A stretch of DNA of 64,000 bases, taken from contig CAXXKA010000008.1 in the NCBI GenBank assembly GCA_963668625.2, positions 672,001 to 736,000 on the forward strand, in the 5' to 3' direction. Positions 50,800 through 60,641 of this stretch are shown one piece after another. The position numbers were made by a program, and so were the translations under genes. A model generated the notes under the pieces. It made no database searches. It was not told where the DNA came from and saw only the letters and a program-made list of their open reading frames with translations. Source of the stretch: an uncultured candidate division Zixibacteria bacterium. Lineage in GTDB: Bacteria; Zixibacteria; MSB-5A5; UBA10806; 4484-95. The stretch's first letter is position 1; each line of letters starts with the position of its first letter.

Positions 50800-51247
50800 A
50801 GTTGGCGAATCGATTCCGAAATTCGAGCTTGATGTTTTCGTTGTTGATAATATTAAAAAAATCAAGTTCAGTGATTTACGTGGCAAGTGGCTGATACTGA
50901 TATTCTACCCGGCAGACTTTACCTGCGTATGTCCGACAGAACTCGAGCAAGCATCGGAGTTGTACGGCGATTTTAAAAATCTCGGTACGGAGATTATGAG
51001 CCTTAGTACCGATACTGCGTATAGTCACAAAGCCTGGCATAGCATGTCGAAAGCTGTCGGCAAAGTAAAATTATCGATGTTTTCTGATCCCTCGGGTAAG
51101 GTTTGTCGTATGTTTGGTACATACATAGAGGATGAGGGGCTTTCTTTACGCGCGACCTTTATTGTCAATCCTGATGGTAAGGTAATGTCGCTGGAGATGC
51201 ATGATACGCTGAATATAATAATTATATCGGAAAATATCTTTCACTAA
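50792..51247 (+). pseudogene. ahpC: Peroxiredoxin AhpC, 3'-truncated by a MITE fragment
   Basis: FYPADFTCVCPTE, SHKAW, LRATFIVNPDG; homology stops at MHD and continues in MITE sequence; resolving-Cys region absent. Confidence 0.85.
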
Positions 51248-51297
51248 CAATTCCAAGGAGAAATTTAAAATTTACCGAAAAACACCGGGCACCAGTG
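51196..51297 (+). mobile_element. IS4-end MITE, right-hand fragment
   Basis: ATGATACGCTGAAT...CAATTCCAAGGAGAAATTTAAAATTT...CCGGGCACCAGTG matches the last ~100 bp of the 45776-46030 copy. Confidence 0.85.
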
Positions 51298-51358
51298 ATA
51301 AAGTTTAAGTAAATATATTTCATGCAATGATTATATTGGATTTTGATTAGATCAAAAG

Positions 51359-51431
51359 CTCCCCGGGACAGACTCGAACTGCCGACAGGGTGGTTAACAG
51401 CCACCTGCTCTACCAACTGAGCTACCGGGGA
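51359..51431 (-). tRNA. tRNA-Asn(GTT)
   Basis: Reverse complement TCCCCGGTAGCTCAGTTGGTAGAGCAGGTGGCTGTTAACCACCCTGTCGGCAGTTCGAGTCTGTCCCGGGGAG. Confidence 0.96.
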
Positions 51432-51440
51432 ATAATTTAC

Positions 51441-51467
51441 TTATCGGCAAAACAAAATATTCATTTA
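51441..51467 (-). promoter_or_regulatory. Perfect sigma28-type promoter upstream of tRNA-Asn (overlapping a TTGACA sigma70-type promoter)
   Basis: Minus strand TAAA-N15-GCCGATAA, 9 nt before the tRNA 5' end. Confidence 0.55.
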
Positions 51468-51711
51468 TTCTCGATTGTCAAGTTTATTTCTGCCAAATCG
51501 ATATATTCATTGATAATCCAACCAGAGGATATACTTCTTTGCGATTAAAATTCAACCTAATCATAACAATTATATCGATAAATATCATCACAATGCGATA
51601 TAATCATCTATACTAATATATTTATTTAATAAAACATATCGTGAAACTGATTGACACACTAAACGTAAAAACGTATATAGTCTCATTATCGCATACGGTA
51701 AGGAGATTCGT

Positions 51712-52287
51712 TTGGATAAGAGATCCGAGATACTGGCTGCCGCTAAAGAGCTGATTGCGCGTTTTGGCCTGAAAAAGACTACTGCTGATGATATCGCGAA
51801 AAAAGCGAGAGTCTCTAAGGCAACGGTTTACCGGTATTTTAATAACAAGGATGAGATATTCAAAGAGATTTGTAAGCTGGAGGTCGATAGTATTTGGGAG
51901 ATGGTCGAAAAAGCAGTCCATCGGGAATCTACTATCAGGGACAAACTGAAAGCGCACTTAACGACGAAAATCGAGGCAGTGCATGAGCTGGTACGATACT
52001 ATGAAATCACTCCCGAACTTTGGAATGAGTATCTGCCGTATATCAGGCTCGTGCAGGATAGAATCGCAACCTGGGAAGTCACCATGTTGGCGGAGATACT
52101 TAAAGAGGGTAACATATCGGGTGAACTGGATGTCGATCGAATAGACACCATCGCTTACATAATGGTTACCTCATTGAAAGCCCTGGAAAACCCCTGGGTA
52201 CTGGGCAAGAGAAGTGTTCCGTTATCGGAGTATATAAGCACTATGCTGGATGCATTATTGTATGGAATCGCTAAGAGGAAAGTATGA
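51712..52287 (+). CDS. TetR/AcrR-family transcriptional regulator
   Basis: ILAAAKELIARFGLKKTTADDIAKKARVSKATVYRYFNNKDEIF; AAGGAG RBS, TTG start. Confidence 0.93.
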   Translation: MDKRSEILAAAKELIARFGLKKTTADDIAKKARVSKATVYRYFNNKDEIFKEICKLEVDSIWEMVEKAVHRESTIRDKLKAHLTTKIEAVHELVRYYEITPELWNEYLPYIRLVQDRIATWEVTMLAEILKEGNISGELDVDRIDTIAYIMVTSLKALENPWVLGKRSVPLSEYISTMLDALLYGIAKRKV

Positions 52288-54137
52288 ATAATCAGGAAAA
52301 TAACAACGTATCGAAAAGCGCATTACCGGTTAGTCCTCACACCTTTCATATCCCTGTCATGGGCACCGGTTTTACTATCGATACGCCGCTCAAAGTAGCT
52401 AAATACGGGATATCCTCGGTGGTATCTCTGGGGGATGATAATTTAATAGAGCAAATGAGAAAATATCACTCCGAGCGTTTGGGGGAGTCTTATACCGAAA
52501 TCGGCGCGCATGATGATGATAGCCGGGCGCGTAGAATTACCGCATACCTCGATCTGCTGGATAAAATAGTCAAACGTCAAACCGATGATTTGAGAAATAC
52601 TCCGTTCGAGCCGGGCAGCGAGATAACACGGTATTTCACGATGTTGCCGGAATCGGAATTGAAAAAGCAATATCAGGCGATGCTTGACACACACGATCCG
52701 ACCGCACGGAAAATCAAACAGGATGACCTTCGCAGCAAAGTAGTACCGGGGAGTATCGATGTTAATATCATGTGCAGCGCCGATCGGGCACAATACCGTC
52801 ACGGCCAAAAACTCTCGCCGGAGTATTCGCTGGCTTGCTCGGCTCTTCGCGGTTTTGCCTTGAGCCGGGTGCGATCCTCGATCGTTCTTTCCGCCGGATT
52901 CAATCAGCGGCTGTACGGTTACCTGGCCGATTTCGATGGTTTTTTCCCCGATATTAATGGTGAGCTTTCCAAGAAAATTATCCTTAAGGTATCCGATTTC
53001 AGATCGGCGGCTATACAGGCGAAATACCTGGCTAAGCGCGGCTTGTGGGTATCTGAATTCAGAATAGAGTCCGGGCTTAACTGCGGTGGTCATGCATTCG
53101 CTACGAAAGGCCTTTTGCTGGGACCGATTTTACAGGAGTTCATCGATAAAAAAGAGGAGTTGTCGAATCTGCTTTCGGGATCGGTAATGAAAGTTTTAGC
53201 CGACAGGAAGTATGATAAAGCTGGTTTTCCGGGCGATATTTTGCTAACCGTGCAGGGGGGAATCGGTACCGCCGAGGAGAATGATATATTCCTGAAAATA
53301 TTTCGGGTCGATAGAACCGGTTGGGGGACGCCTTTCCTAATGGTACCCGAGGCGGTCAACATGGACCGAGAACATCTCGAGAAACTCAGCAAAGCCTCGG
53401 TTTTGGATGTCGGCCTGAGCGAGAATTCGCCGTTCGGTATCCCGTTCTGGAACCTTCGCACCTCCGCCAGCGAGCAAGCCCGCAACGAACGAATTAACCA
53501 GGGCAAACCGGGAAGCCCATGCGTGCAGGGTTATCTCAAGGGCAATACGGAGTTTACGGAAAATCCGATCTGCGTCGCCTCCCGTCAATACCAAAAAACG
53601 AAACTGGAGGACCTGGAGAAGCAAGGATACGGCCCGGCCGAGTTGAAATCGTTGAAAAATTCCGTGATGAGTAAAGCGTGTATTTGCTGCGATCTGGCCG
53701 GCAGCGCGACTCGCGTTAACGGCATAAATCCCAAGGCCAAGCCAGCGATATGCTGTGGCCCGAATATCGTGAATTTTTCTAAAATAGCTACTCTGGATGA
53801 GATCGTAAGCCATATTTACGGTCGTTTATCCCTGCTGACAAATCCCGAACGTCCTCATATTTTCGTTCAGGAGGCGAAACTATATTTCGAGCATCTCAGC
53901 AACGAGTTCGATAAATTCACCGATGGTTTGTCCCGTCAGAAATTAAAATATTTCGAGGATTTCAAGAGTAATCTTCTGGAGAGCATAGACTATTACCAGG
54001 GATTCGCGGAGAATCATCTGATTGGCAAGCTTAGAGAGCGATATGAGCGTGATTTGAAAGCAATGCAACAACTCCGTGAGCGCATAGAAGATATGAACAT
54101 ACTACCGACAGTTAATTTAAGTTTAGAGATGGGTTGA
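52284..54137 (+). CDS. Conserved hypothetical protein, probable FMN TIM-barrel (nitronate monooxygenase/FabK-like) with Cys cluster
   Basis: HIPVMGTG, ESGLNCGGHAF, VQGGIG, GWGTPFL; later CVQGYL, CVAS, CICCDL, ICCGPN. Confidence 0.6.
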   Translation: MNNQENNNVSKSALPVSPHTFHIPVMGTGFTIDTPLKVAKYGISSVVSLGDDNLIEQMRKYHSERLGESYTEIGAHDDDSRARRITAYLDLLDKIVKRQTDDLRNTPFEPGSEITRYFTMLPESELKKQYQAMLDTHDPTARKIKQDDLRSKVVPGSIDVNIMCSADRAQYRHGQKLSPEYSLACSALRGFALSRVRSSIVLSAGFNQRLYGYLADFDGFFPDINGELSKKIILKVSDFRSAAIQAKYLAKRGLWVSEFRIESGLNCGGHAFATKGLLLGPILQEFIDKKEELSNLLSGSVMKVLADRKYDKAGFPGDILLTVQGGIGTAEENDIFLKIFRVDRTGWGTPFLMVPEAVNMDREHLEKLSKASVLDVGLSENSPFGIPFWNLRTSASEQARNERINQGKPGSPCVQGYLKGNTEFTENPICVASRQYQKTKLEDLEKQGYGPAELKSLKNSVMSKACICCDLAGSATRVNGINPKAKPAICCGPNIVNFSKIATLDEIVSHIYGRLSLLTNPERPHIFVQEAKLYFEHLSNEFDKFTDGLSRQKLKYFEDFKSNLLESIDYYQGFAENHLIGKLRERYERDLKAMQQLRERIEDMNILPTVNLSLEMG

Positions 54138-54336
54138 TCAAGTTACGCGTGGTACTATCTGATACCTATTATAGTTACTATACAGAGCTATTACCGCATT
54201 GGTATGTATTGGTACAAGCTTCAAACTGAGAATATCAGCCTGGTCAAAATGATGTTGACCAAATAGATCACTATAGAACAAATCACTATATTGCAGTTTC
54301 CTTGACTATCCCAGTCCTTATAGCTATAATTCCCGC

Positions 54337-55092
54337 ATGGCAGAAATCGAATTCTCAGAAGAGCTTATTGAGGTATTGCAATCGGCTAAAAGAGTGGTCG
54401 CTCTGACAGGGGCGGGCATATCCGCCGAATCGGGTATCCCTACGTTTCGCGGTAAGGATGGTTGGTGGCGCAATCACGATCCGATGACACTGGCCACGTT
54501 CGAGTCTTTTGATCGCGATCCGGTACTTGTCTGGGAGTGGTATCTTTACCGAAGGGATATCGTGCATAAGTCCCAACCTAATCCCGGTCATCACGCTTTA
54601 GCCGAAATGGCTGACTTGTTCGAGGATTTCACTCTTATTACCCAGAATGTCGATAGATTCCACATGGATGCCGGCTCGAAAGTGATTCATGAGCTTCACG
54701 GCAATATCCATCGCAACAGGTGCCTCGACTGTGGCCTGACAAACTACACCGAGACATTCGAGGAGCTTCCCCCGAAATGTCCCGAATGTGGCGGGCGGTT
54801 TCGTCCCGATGTTGTCTGGTTTGGCGAGATGTTACCGGCACAGGCGATGGAAAATTCCATGCGGGCGGCCAATAATTCCGAGTTATTCTTCACGATCGGC
54901 ACCTCCGGGGCGGTACAGCCGGCAGCCTCGTTACCCGTGATCGCCAAACGAAACAAAGCCTTTGTAGTGGAGGTCAATCTCGAACCGAGCGAGATATCGC
55001 ATATTTGCGATATCAAGTTTCACGATAAATCGGGTGAGATTTTACCGCAAATAATAGCGAAAATTAAAGAACTTAAAGGAATAGATAAATAG
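54337..55092 (+). CDS. cobB: NAD-dependent protein deacylase (sirtuin, CobB family)
   Basis: LTGAGISAESGIPTFRG, TQNVD, HG, CxxC...CxxC, RPDVVWFGE, GTSGAVQPAASLP. Confidence 0.93.
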   Translation: MAEIEFSEELIEVLQSAKRVVALTGAGISAESGIPTFRGKDGWWRNHDPMTLATFESFDRDPVLVWEWYLYRRDIVHKSQPNPGHHALAEMADLFEDFTLITQNVDRFHMDAGSKVIHELHGNIHRNRCLDCGLTNYTETFEELPPKCPECGGRFRPDVVWFGEMLPAQAMENSMRAANNSELFFTIGTSGAVQPAASLPVIAKRNKAFVVEVNLEPSEISHICDIKFHDKSGEILPQIIAKIKELKGIDK

Positions 55093-55103
55093 AGGATAAT
55101 CAT

Positions 55104-55859
55104 ATGGACGATAAATTAAGACATCTACCGGCAAAAACCCGTAAACTGGCAAGTGACTTCGCCGAGCAATTGATCGAGAGCCTGGGCGGAAACCTGTATT
55201 GCTTCATGTTATTCGGCTCTGCCGCCCGAGCCTCCAAGCGTAATGGGGATGATTTCAAAGAGGGCGCCTCGGATATTAATACTCTTATTATTTTGGAGAG
55301 TGTCAGCACCAACGAGCTTAATATTATTCTGGAGATCGGCCGTAAGTTCAAAGGTCAGGGGCTGGCGATACCGCTGGTGTTCAAGCGCGGCCATATCCAC
55401 TCCTCGCTCGATACGTTCCCACTCGAATTTTCTGATATGAAACAAAATCACATAGTTCTTTACGGCGAGAACCCGCTTGAAGATGCGGAAATCGAGACAA
55501 AGAACCTGCGTCACCAATGCGAGGTCGAGTTTAAAGGCCAACTGGTTCAGCTTCGCCGCGGCTTCCTGGCCTCGGCCGGAGACCAGGAGATATTAACCGG
55601 ATTGATCTCCACCTCGGTAACATCGATTATTGCCGCCTGTCGTGGCATGGCGCTTATTGCGGGTAAAACTCCGCCGGATAATAAATCCGATTTGTTAAAG
55701 CTCGTCAATGATGATTACGATGTCGACACTATGCCGATCGATCAAGCCTGGCGTATGAAACACGGCGAAACCGGAGGCGCTACGGCTGCGTTGGAGGTGC
55801 TGTTCGATAAGTACCTGTTAACGATCGAGAAGCTGGCTGATGTAGTTGACCGGTTGTAA
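55104..55859 (+). CDS. Nucleotidyltransferase-domain protein
   Basis: LFGSAAR...SDINTL (GS-x-D motif); SLDTFPLEF; LRHQCE. Confidence 0.8.
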   Translation: MDDKLRHLPAKTRKLASDFAEQLIESLGGNLYCFMLFGSAARASKRNGDDFKEGASDINTLIILESVSTNELNIILEIGRKFKGQGLAIPLVFKRGHIHSSLDTFPLEFSDMKQNHIVLYGENPLEDAEIETKNLRHQCEVEFKGQLVQLRRGFLASAGDQEILTGLISTSVTSIIAACRGMALIAGKTPPDNKSDLLKLVNDDYDVDTMPIDQAWRMKHGETGGATAALEVLFDKYLLTIEKLADVVDRL

Positions 55860-55963
55860 ATAAATCCCACTCGGCGGTTGGATAACCTGTGGACAGAATT
55901 ATAAGCGCAAACAGCATGTTGATAATACGTGATTGGGTAAACTGATACGCCTGAAATATGCCG

Positions 55964-57187
55964 TTACTTCAGCCGATTACTTAATATCTTTTTAAATTCC
56001 GGGTGATGGATTTTCTCCAGCTTTATGCGTTCGCATTTATTGAATATCATCATCGCGTTTAAACTTTTCATGAACGACTCCAGGAATCTGTCATCCGGCT
56101 GGAAATCGTTTTCGAAATGAAGCTGTCGAATAATATATGTTTTTGTTTTCCTGTCCGCCTTGGAATCCATCCTGCCGATGAATTTGTCGCCGTACAAAAT
56201 CGGTTGTACGAAATAGCCGTACACTCTCTTAGGCGCGGGTACGTAGCATTCTATCGAATATTCGAAATCGAAAAGTTTCTTTACCCTGTCACGAAGGATC
56301 ACGAAATTATCGAAAGGCGAGAGGAATCTTACCCGAGATTTGCTAAGCCGTATTTTAGACAGGCTGTTCAGGTATTCCGGTTTGGTATAATATGACGAGT
56401 TCTCTATTCCCCGGATATCGATTCCGGTAATTTCGCCGGAGTCAAGCATCGAATTAAGCGCGGTCTTTATCGCCTCTCTGGAGGAGATAGCGAGGTGATC
56501 TACGATATCCTTCAACGAGGCTACACCATAAGCGTTGATCGCCCGCTCCACCGCGAAACGACCCAGCTCATCATCACCCGGCAAGCGTAAATCGATATCC
56601 TCGGGTAACACTCGTTCGGCAAGATCGTAAACCCGCTGGAATTTACGCCGCTCGGTAATCATCAACTTGCCCTGCCAGAAAAGCATCTCCAGCGCCACCT
56701 TGGTAGGCCGCCAGTCCCACCAGCCGCTTTTTTTCGCGCCTTCGGGCGGCTTGAAATCCTTGGAGCAAACCGGGCCCTCGTTGATTATCCGCTCGAGTAC
56801 GGCGGGCATCATATGGCCGTATTTCTCCAGACGCTGTTTCTCCCATTTATCGTGCGGATCGAGAAATTGTTTCATCCGGGGAAGGTAAAAACGGTAGTCT
56901 CTCATCGGTAAATACGAGGCGGCATGCCCCCAGTATTCGAACACCCGGCGGTCTACAGCCTGCAAATCGTGAAGCATACCCTCATCGTAGTCCGGGTTGC
57001 GGTTGTAGAGCGTGTGGTGATGCGCCCGTTCGATTACCGATATCGTATCGATTTGCACGTAGCCGAGATGCTCGATCGTTCGAGCGATTCCCTCCTTGCC
57101 TCTGGCAGGCTTACTTGCGCCTGTAGGCCACTGACGGTTTATCGCTAATTTTCGCGCTTGTTTCAAACTCAGACCGGGTACTGTCAT
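55964..57187 (-). CDS. AlkZ/YcaQ-family (HTH_42) crosslink-repair DNA glycosylase
   Basis: VQIDTISVIERAHH, FEYWGHAAS, FQRVYDL, LSPFD, ECYVPAPKRVYGYF, GRMD. Confidence 0.9.
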   Translation of the reverse strand: MTVPGLSLKQARKLAINRQWPTGASKPARGKEGIARTIEHLGYVQIDTISVIERAHHHTLYNRNPDYDEGMLHDLQAVDRRVFEYWGHAASYLPMRDYRFYLPRMKQFLDPHDKWEKQRLEKYGHMMPAVLERIINEGPVCSKDFKPPEGAKKSGWWDWRPTKVALEMLFWQGKLMITERRKFQRVYDLAERVLPEDIDLRLPGDDELGRFAVERAINAYGVASLKDIVDHLAISSREAIKTALNSMLDSGEITGIDIRGIENSSYYTKPEYLNSLSKIRLSKSRVRFLSPFDNFVILRDRVKKLFDFEYSIECYVPAPKRVYGYFVQPILYGDKFIGRMDSKADRKTKTYIIRQLHFENDFQPDDRFLESFMKSLNAMMIFNKCERIKLEKIHHPEFKKILSNRLK

Positions 57188-57606
57188 GTAACGCCTTTCG
57201 ATTGCTAGCCTATAGTATCATGATTTGTCGGTGGTTTGTCAAGATCGTGGCCCTGAAATCCGTCCAGCCGGACCACTCTGGGAAGCAATCCGGCTGAAAC
57301 GTTCGGTTAGGCAAATTTGGGCTGAGGTATTTAGTTTAGCCTGCTTTTTATACGTAATCCTTACCTCCCGGTTTCATAAATTCTGATTTTAGTATCGGAT
57401 GGCTATATGACCGTACGATTCGACAGGCCATGCTCATCAGGGGCTTGACTGACACGGCTAATTCATTGTAAATAATCGTTGCTATCGAATGGCTAAATAC
57501 CCGGTCATCCGATTAAGTCGATTGAGGATTAGCCGGACCTGCTATCTGCGAGAGATATTTCATCACCGGGAGAAAAAAGACAATAACGATAATAACGAGG
57601 AGGAAT

Positions 57607-58023
57607 ATGATGGCGGAAAAAACATCGCGATATGTAATACTGATTCTCGTATCGGGCATATTGAATTGCCTGCTGGCGGTTGCTCATCAAGTGGTGGTGT
57701 ATTTTACCTACCTGGATTATCAGGCTCTGATAACGCCCGAGGCCGAACCGGTGCTGAAAGATTTCCTGCTATTTTCCATTGGAATAGGCGTGGTGTTGCT
57801 ATTCGTAGGATTGCTTACGATTTACTGCTACAGGGGAATAAAGCGCGGCCAGAGATGGGGTATCGTTATAGGCGGCGGTATCAGTGTATTTCTTCTGGTA
57901 GTATTTATTTTAATCACAGTGATAACCGGCGCCGATCAGCCGGTAGCGTACGTGCATTTACTGAATAGCTTACTGGTTGGCGTGCCGGTGATGTTGAACC
58001 GTGGGTTGCTTGTTTCAGAGTAG
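57607..58023 (+). CDS. Hypothetical membrane protein (4 TM)
   Basis: GAGGAGG RBS; four hydrophobic segments. Confidence 0.75.
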   Translation: MMAEKTSRYVILILVSGILNCLLAVAHQVVVYFTYLDYQALITPEAEPVLKDFLLFSIGIGVVLLFVGLLTIYCYRGIKRGQRWGIVIGGGISVFLLVVFILITVITGADQPVAYVHLLNSLLVGVPVMLNRGLLVSE

Positions 58024-58033
58024 CTCAGGAGCT

Positions 58034-58047
58034 GCGAGGCGATATAA
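58034..58047 (+). repeat. Left direct repeat flanking the PfkB-like islet
   Basis: GCGAGGCGATATAA, identical at 60121-60134; both preceded by GAGTAGCT. Confidence 0.75.
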
Positions 58048-58082
58048 CTTTCATTTTAAAATAGGAGATACAATCTGCCGAA

Positions 58083-59783
58083 TTAATCGCCGATTCCCAT
58101 AAGCTTACGAAGCTCCAGAGTTACTCCCAATCTTTCTGAAGAAACAGGGATTTTTAGACGATTATCTTTTCCAACGCCTTCTGGCAAATTATCTGATGCT
58201 ATTAATTCAGAAATTATCTCAACATTAGGAAGAAAAACGCTCGCAAAGTGACTATGCTCAAGCAAATCCATTACTTCAGTTCCATCTACGCGTCCGCGCC
58301 GATTTGAGGCTTTTGCGTATGCAGCAGCCGATGCTACGGCCATAAAATAGCGCATCTCCATTATCGGTCCGCCAGGTTTAGCTATATTCACCCCCGAAAT
58401 GCTTTCTTTTGTATCTCGTCTTTTCGCCCACTCCATTAGCGAAATCCCGGCACAGAAGGCATCCCCACATGCGTTTGTGTCATAGATAGATGCCCTTGGT
58501 TTACTATAACGCCATACATAAACAATACTACCATCAAATTCAATTCCCAGACTGCCTCGATCACCTATTGTTACATAAATTCTGGGTTTTGCTACTTTCT
58601 CAAAATTAAATAGATTTCTAATCTCAATAGCGATTTTTGCGAATTTAACGATATTTGGCATATCGCCCGGATACTCTACGAAGGGTTTAACATCATTACA
58701 AAAGACCCTGGCAAATTCGTAGGCTTCTTTTTCATTAAATACTAATATGAAAGGCGGAAGATTATTATCATCGCTCTTGATGCAATCAAGAAAGATTTGA
58801 CGCATAGTTTTTGTCATCGCTAAAATGCCGACAACGTTTTTATCTTTACTGATGGCATTAAGGTAAATATCATAGCTGGCTTTAAACATTGCTTTATCAG
58901 CTAAAGAGTTAAATAAAAATACACCTATATCTTTTGTTTGCCCTTTTAGGAGTTTATATATTTTATCCTTATCATTACCATTTAGTCTTTCCTGTTTCCC
59001 TTTACAAACTATTTTATCATCCATCGATCTGGTTGAACTTCTTACGCGACTAAAAATAATATTTCTTCTAAAGCTAGGATCGTCAGGTCTGTAAAGTAGT
59101 GAGTTTACTGGTAATGAGGCCAAATACACTTCCAGAGAACGTAAAGGTGAATACTTCGATACTATTGATGCTATATCAGAAGCTAGCTCTTCGGTGATAG
59201 CCGGTTGTTCGCTCATGAGATCAGAAATAATAGAGTATAAGTTTTCATAAGACAGATTTTCAACTTTTGCGTTTTTTATTGCTTTATCCAATTCACTTTG
59301 AAGTTTTTTTATAAAAATATGCAGAGTTCGACTCATTGCAACATCAGTATATATGATAGGCAAAGTATTTGTATCTGGTATAAGCGATCTTAAAAAAGTA
59401 GTACAATTCAGCCCGCCGCCGCCCCATAACATATTTTCGCACGGTACAAAAAGGCCATCATCTGAGTTCCAAGCATCTTTTTTGACTTTTTGAACGGATC
59501 CTGACAATTGATACTTACCGCCAGGGATTAAGGGGTAGAAATCCTCGCTATCTTTATTAGGCCCTTTTGACGAGTCCCCAGTAGAAAACTGCATCTCGGT
59601 TTTAAATAGATCAAATCCAATTCTAGTGTAAATCCATAGCTTTTCATGAAGCTTCAAATTACCATCTAAGCGTATTTTATCAGGGATGTTTTCGTACTCA
59701 ATCGCTAACCTATCTAAATCAATCAAATCCAGAGTAATATCTTGGACCGCGTTGCCAAATACCCATATGTTTTTTTCCGACAA
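58083..59783 (-). CDS. Divergent PfkB/ribokinase-superfamily kinase, AT-rich
   Basis: VFGNAVQDI, WGGGGLNC, FNEKEA, VTIGDRGS, DTNACGDAFCAG, MAVASAAA; GGAGG RBS, TTG start. Confidence 0.75.
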   Translation of the reverse strand: MSEKNIWVFGNAVQDITLDLIDLDRLAIEYENIPDKIRLDGNLKLHEKLWIYTRIGFDLFKTEMQFSTGDSSKGPNKDSEDFYPLIPGGKYQLSGSVQKVKKDAWNSDDGLFVPCENMLWGGGGLNCTTFLRSLIPDTNTLPIIYTDVAMSRTLHIFIKKLQSELDKAIKNAKVENLSYENLYSIISDLMSEQPAITEELASDIASIVSKYSPLRSLEVYLASLPVNSLLYRPDDPSFRRNIIFSRVRSSTRSMDDKIVCKGKQERLNGNDKDKIYKLLKGQTKDIGVFLFNSLADKAMFKASYDIYLNAISKDKNVVGILAMTKTMRQIFLDCIKSDDNNLPPFILVFNEKEAYEFARVFCNDVKPFVEYPGDMPNIVKFAKIAIEIRNLFNFEKVAKPRIYVTIGDRGSLGIEFDGSIVYVWRYSKPRASIYDTNACGDAFCAGISLMEWAKRRDTKESISGVNIAKPGGPIMEMRYFMAVASAAAYAKASNRRGRVDGTEVMDLLEHSHFASVFLPNVEIISELIASDNLPEGVGKDNRLKIPVSSERLGVTLELRKLMGIGD

Positions 59784-60120
59784 ATTTAACCTCCTTGCTA
59801 TAGACTAATAACTACTGAATAGACCTTAAACTAAGAGCACAGGAGCTAATTACATGTTAATTTGGAAAAGTTATAATAGTCATTTTACCCCTGTTGCTTA
59901 TGCTTTTCCACACAAAATACAATCTGCTGGAAAAACGATATAATTGATTGTTTATATATTAATTCTTTAGTCGCCTAATAGCAAGATAAATAATAGAAAT
60001 TTGCATTTATTATTTTATTATTCATTTATTGAAACTTTTTTATAATCTTTATCCAATAAATGATTCTTATGTGTAAATGAGCTAATTAGAATTTTATGGG
60101 GAAGTTGAGTAGCTAAACCC

Positions 60121-60134
60121 GCGAGGCGATATAA
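60121..60134 (+). repeat. Right direct repeat flanking the PfkB-like islet
   Basis: GCGAGGCGATATAA. Confidence 0.75.
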
Positions 60135-60365
60135 AGCGCTCGAATCAGCAGCATTCACCCCACCCTATGTCGGGAGCTGGCTTCGCCATCCCTTCAGGAC
60201 AGGGCTCGCCGACCTACGCCCCGCCAAATGACATGAGCGGTGGTTGTGTATGTAAAGGCTCGTCCGATTTATCCTCCGAAATCAATTAATCACAACATTC
60301 ATAAATCCCCGCACACTAGCCTTGACTAACCTCATCCCCGCAACTATATTATCAAGTTCACGGAG

Positions 60366-60448
<83 letters not shown>

Positions 60449-60641
60449 TCTTAAAATATCTGTTGGCCGATGAAAACATCCGCTAACCACATATAGATTA
60501 ACACGGCTTAAAATAAGCCGTTGCCAATCAAGGAGATTGCCGCGATCACGCCGCCGCCTCAACCTGACGTTCAGGCTGTTAAAACGAGTTGGACGGGAAC
60601 GCAGCAGACCCTGTCAGTTGTTATTGTCTTAAGGAGAATCG

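Noticed and set aside
54337-55092. Defence-type SIR2 NADase (Thoeris/DSR)
   Set aside because: Canonical zinc-binding CobB deacylase motifs and size
57489-57968. 159-aa ORF overlapping 57607-58023
   Set aside because: Alternative frame; the 138-aa TM protein has the RBS and a plausible composition
60480-60630. Possible structured RNA between tRNA-Leu and tig
   Set aside because: Only short hairpins; no recognisable SRP, 6S, tmRNA or riboswitch features
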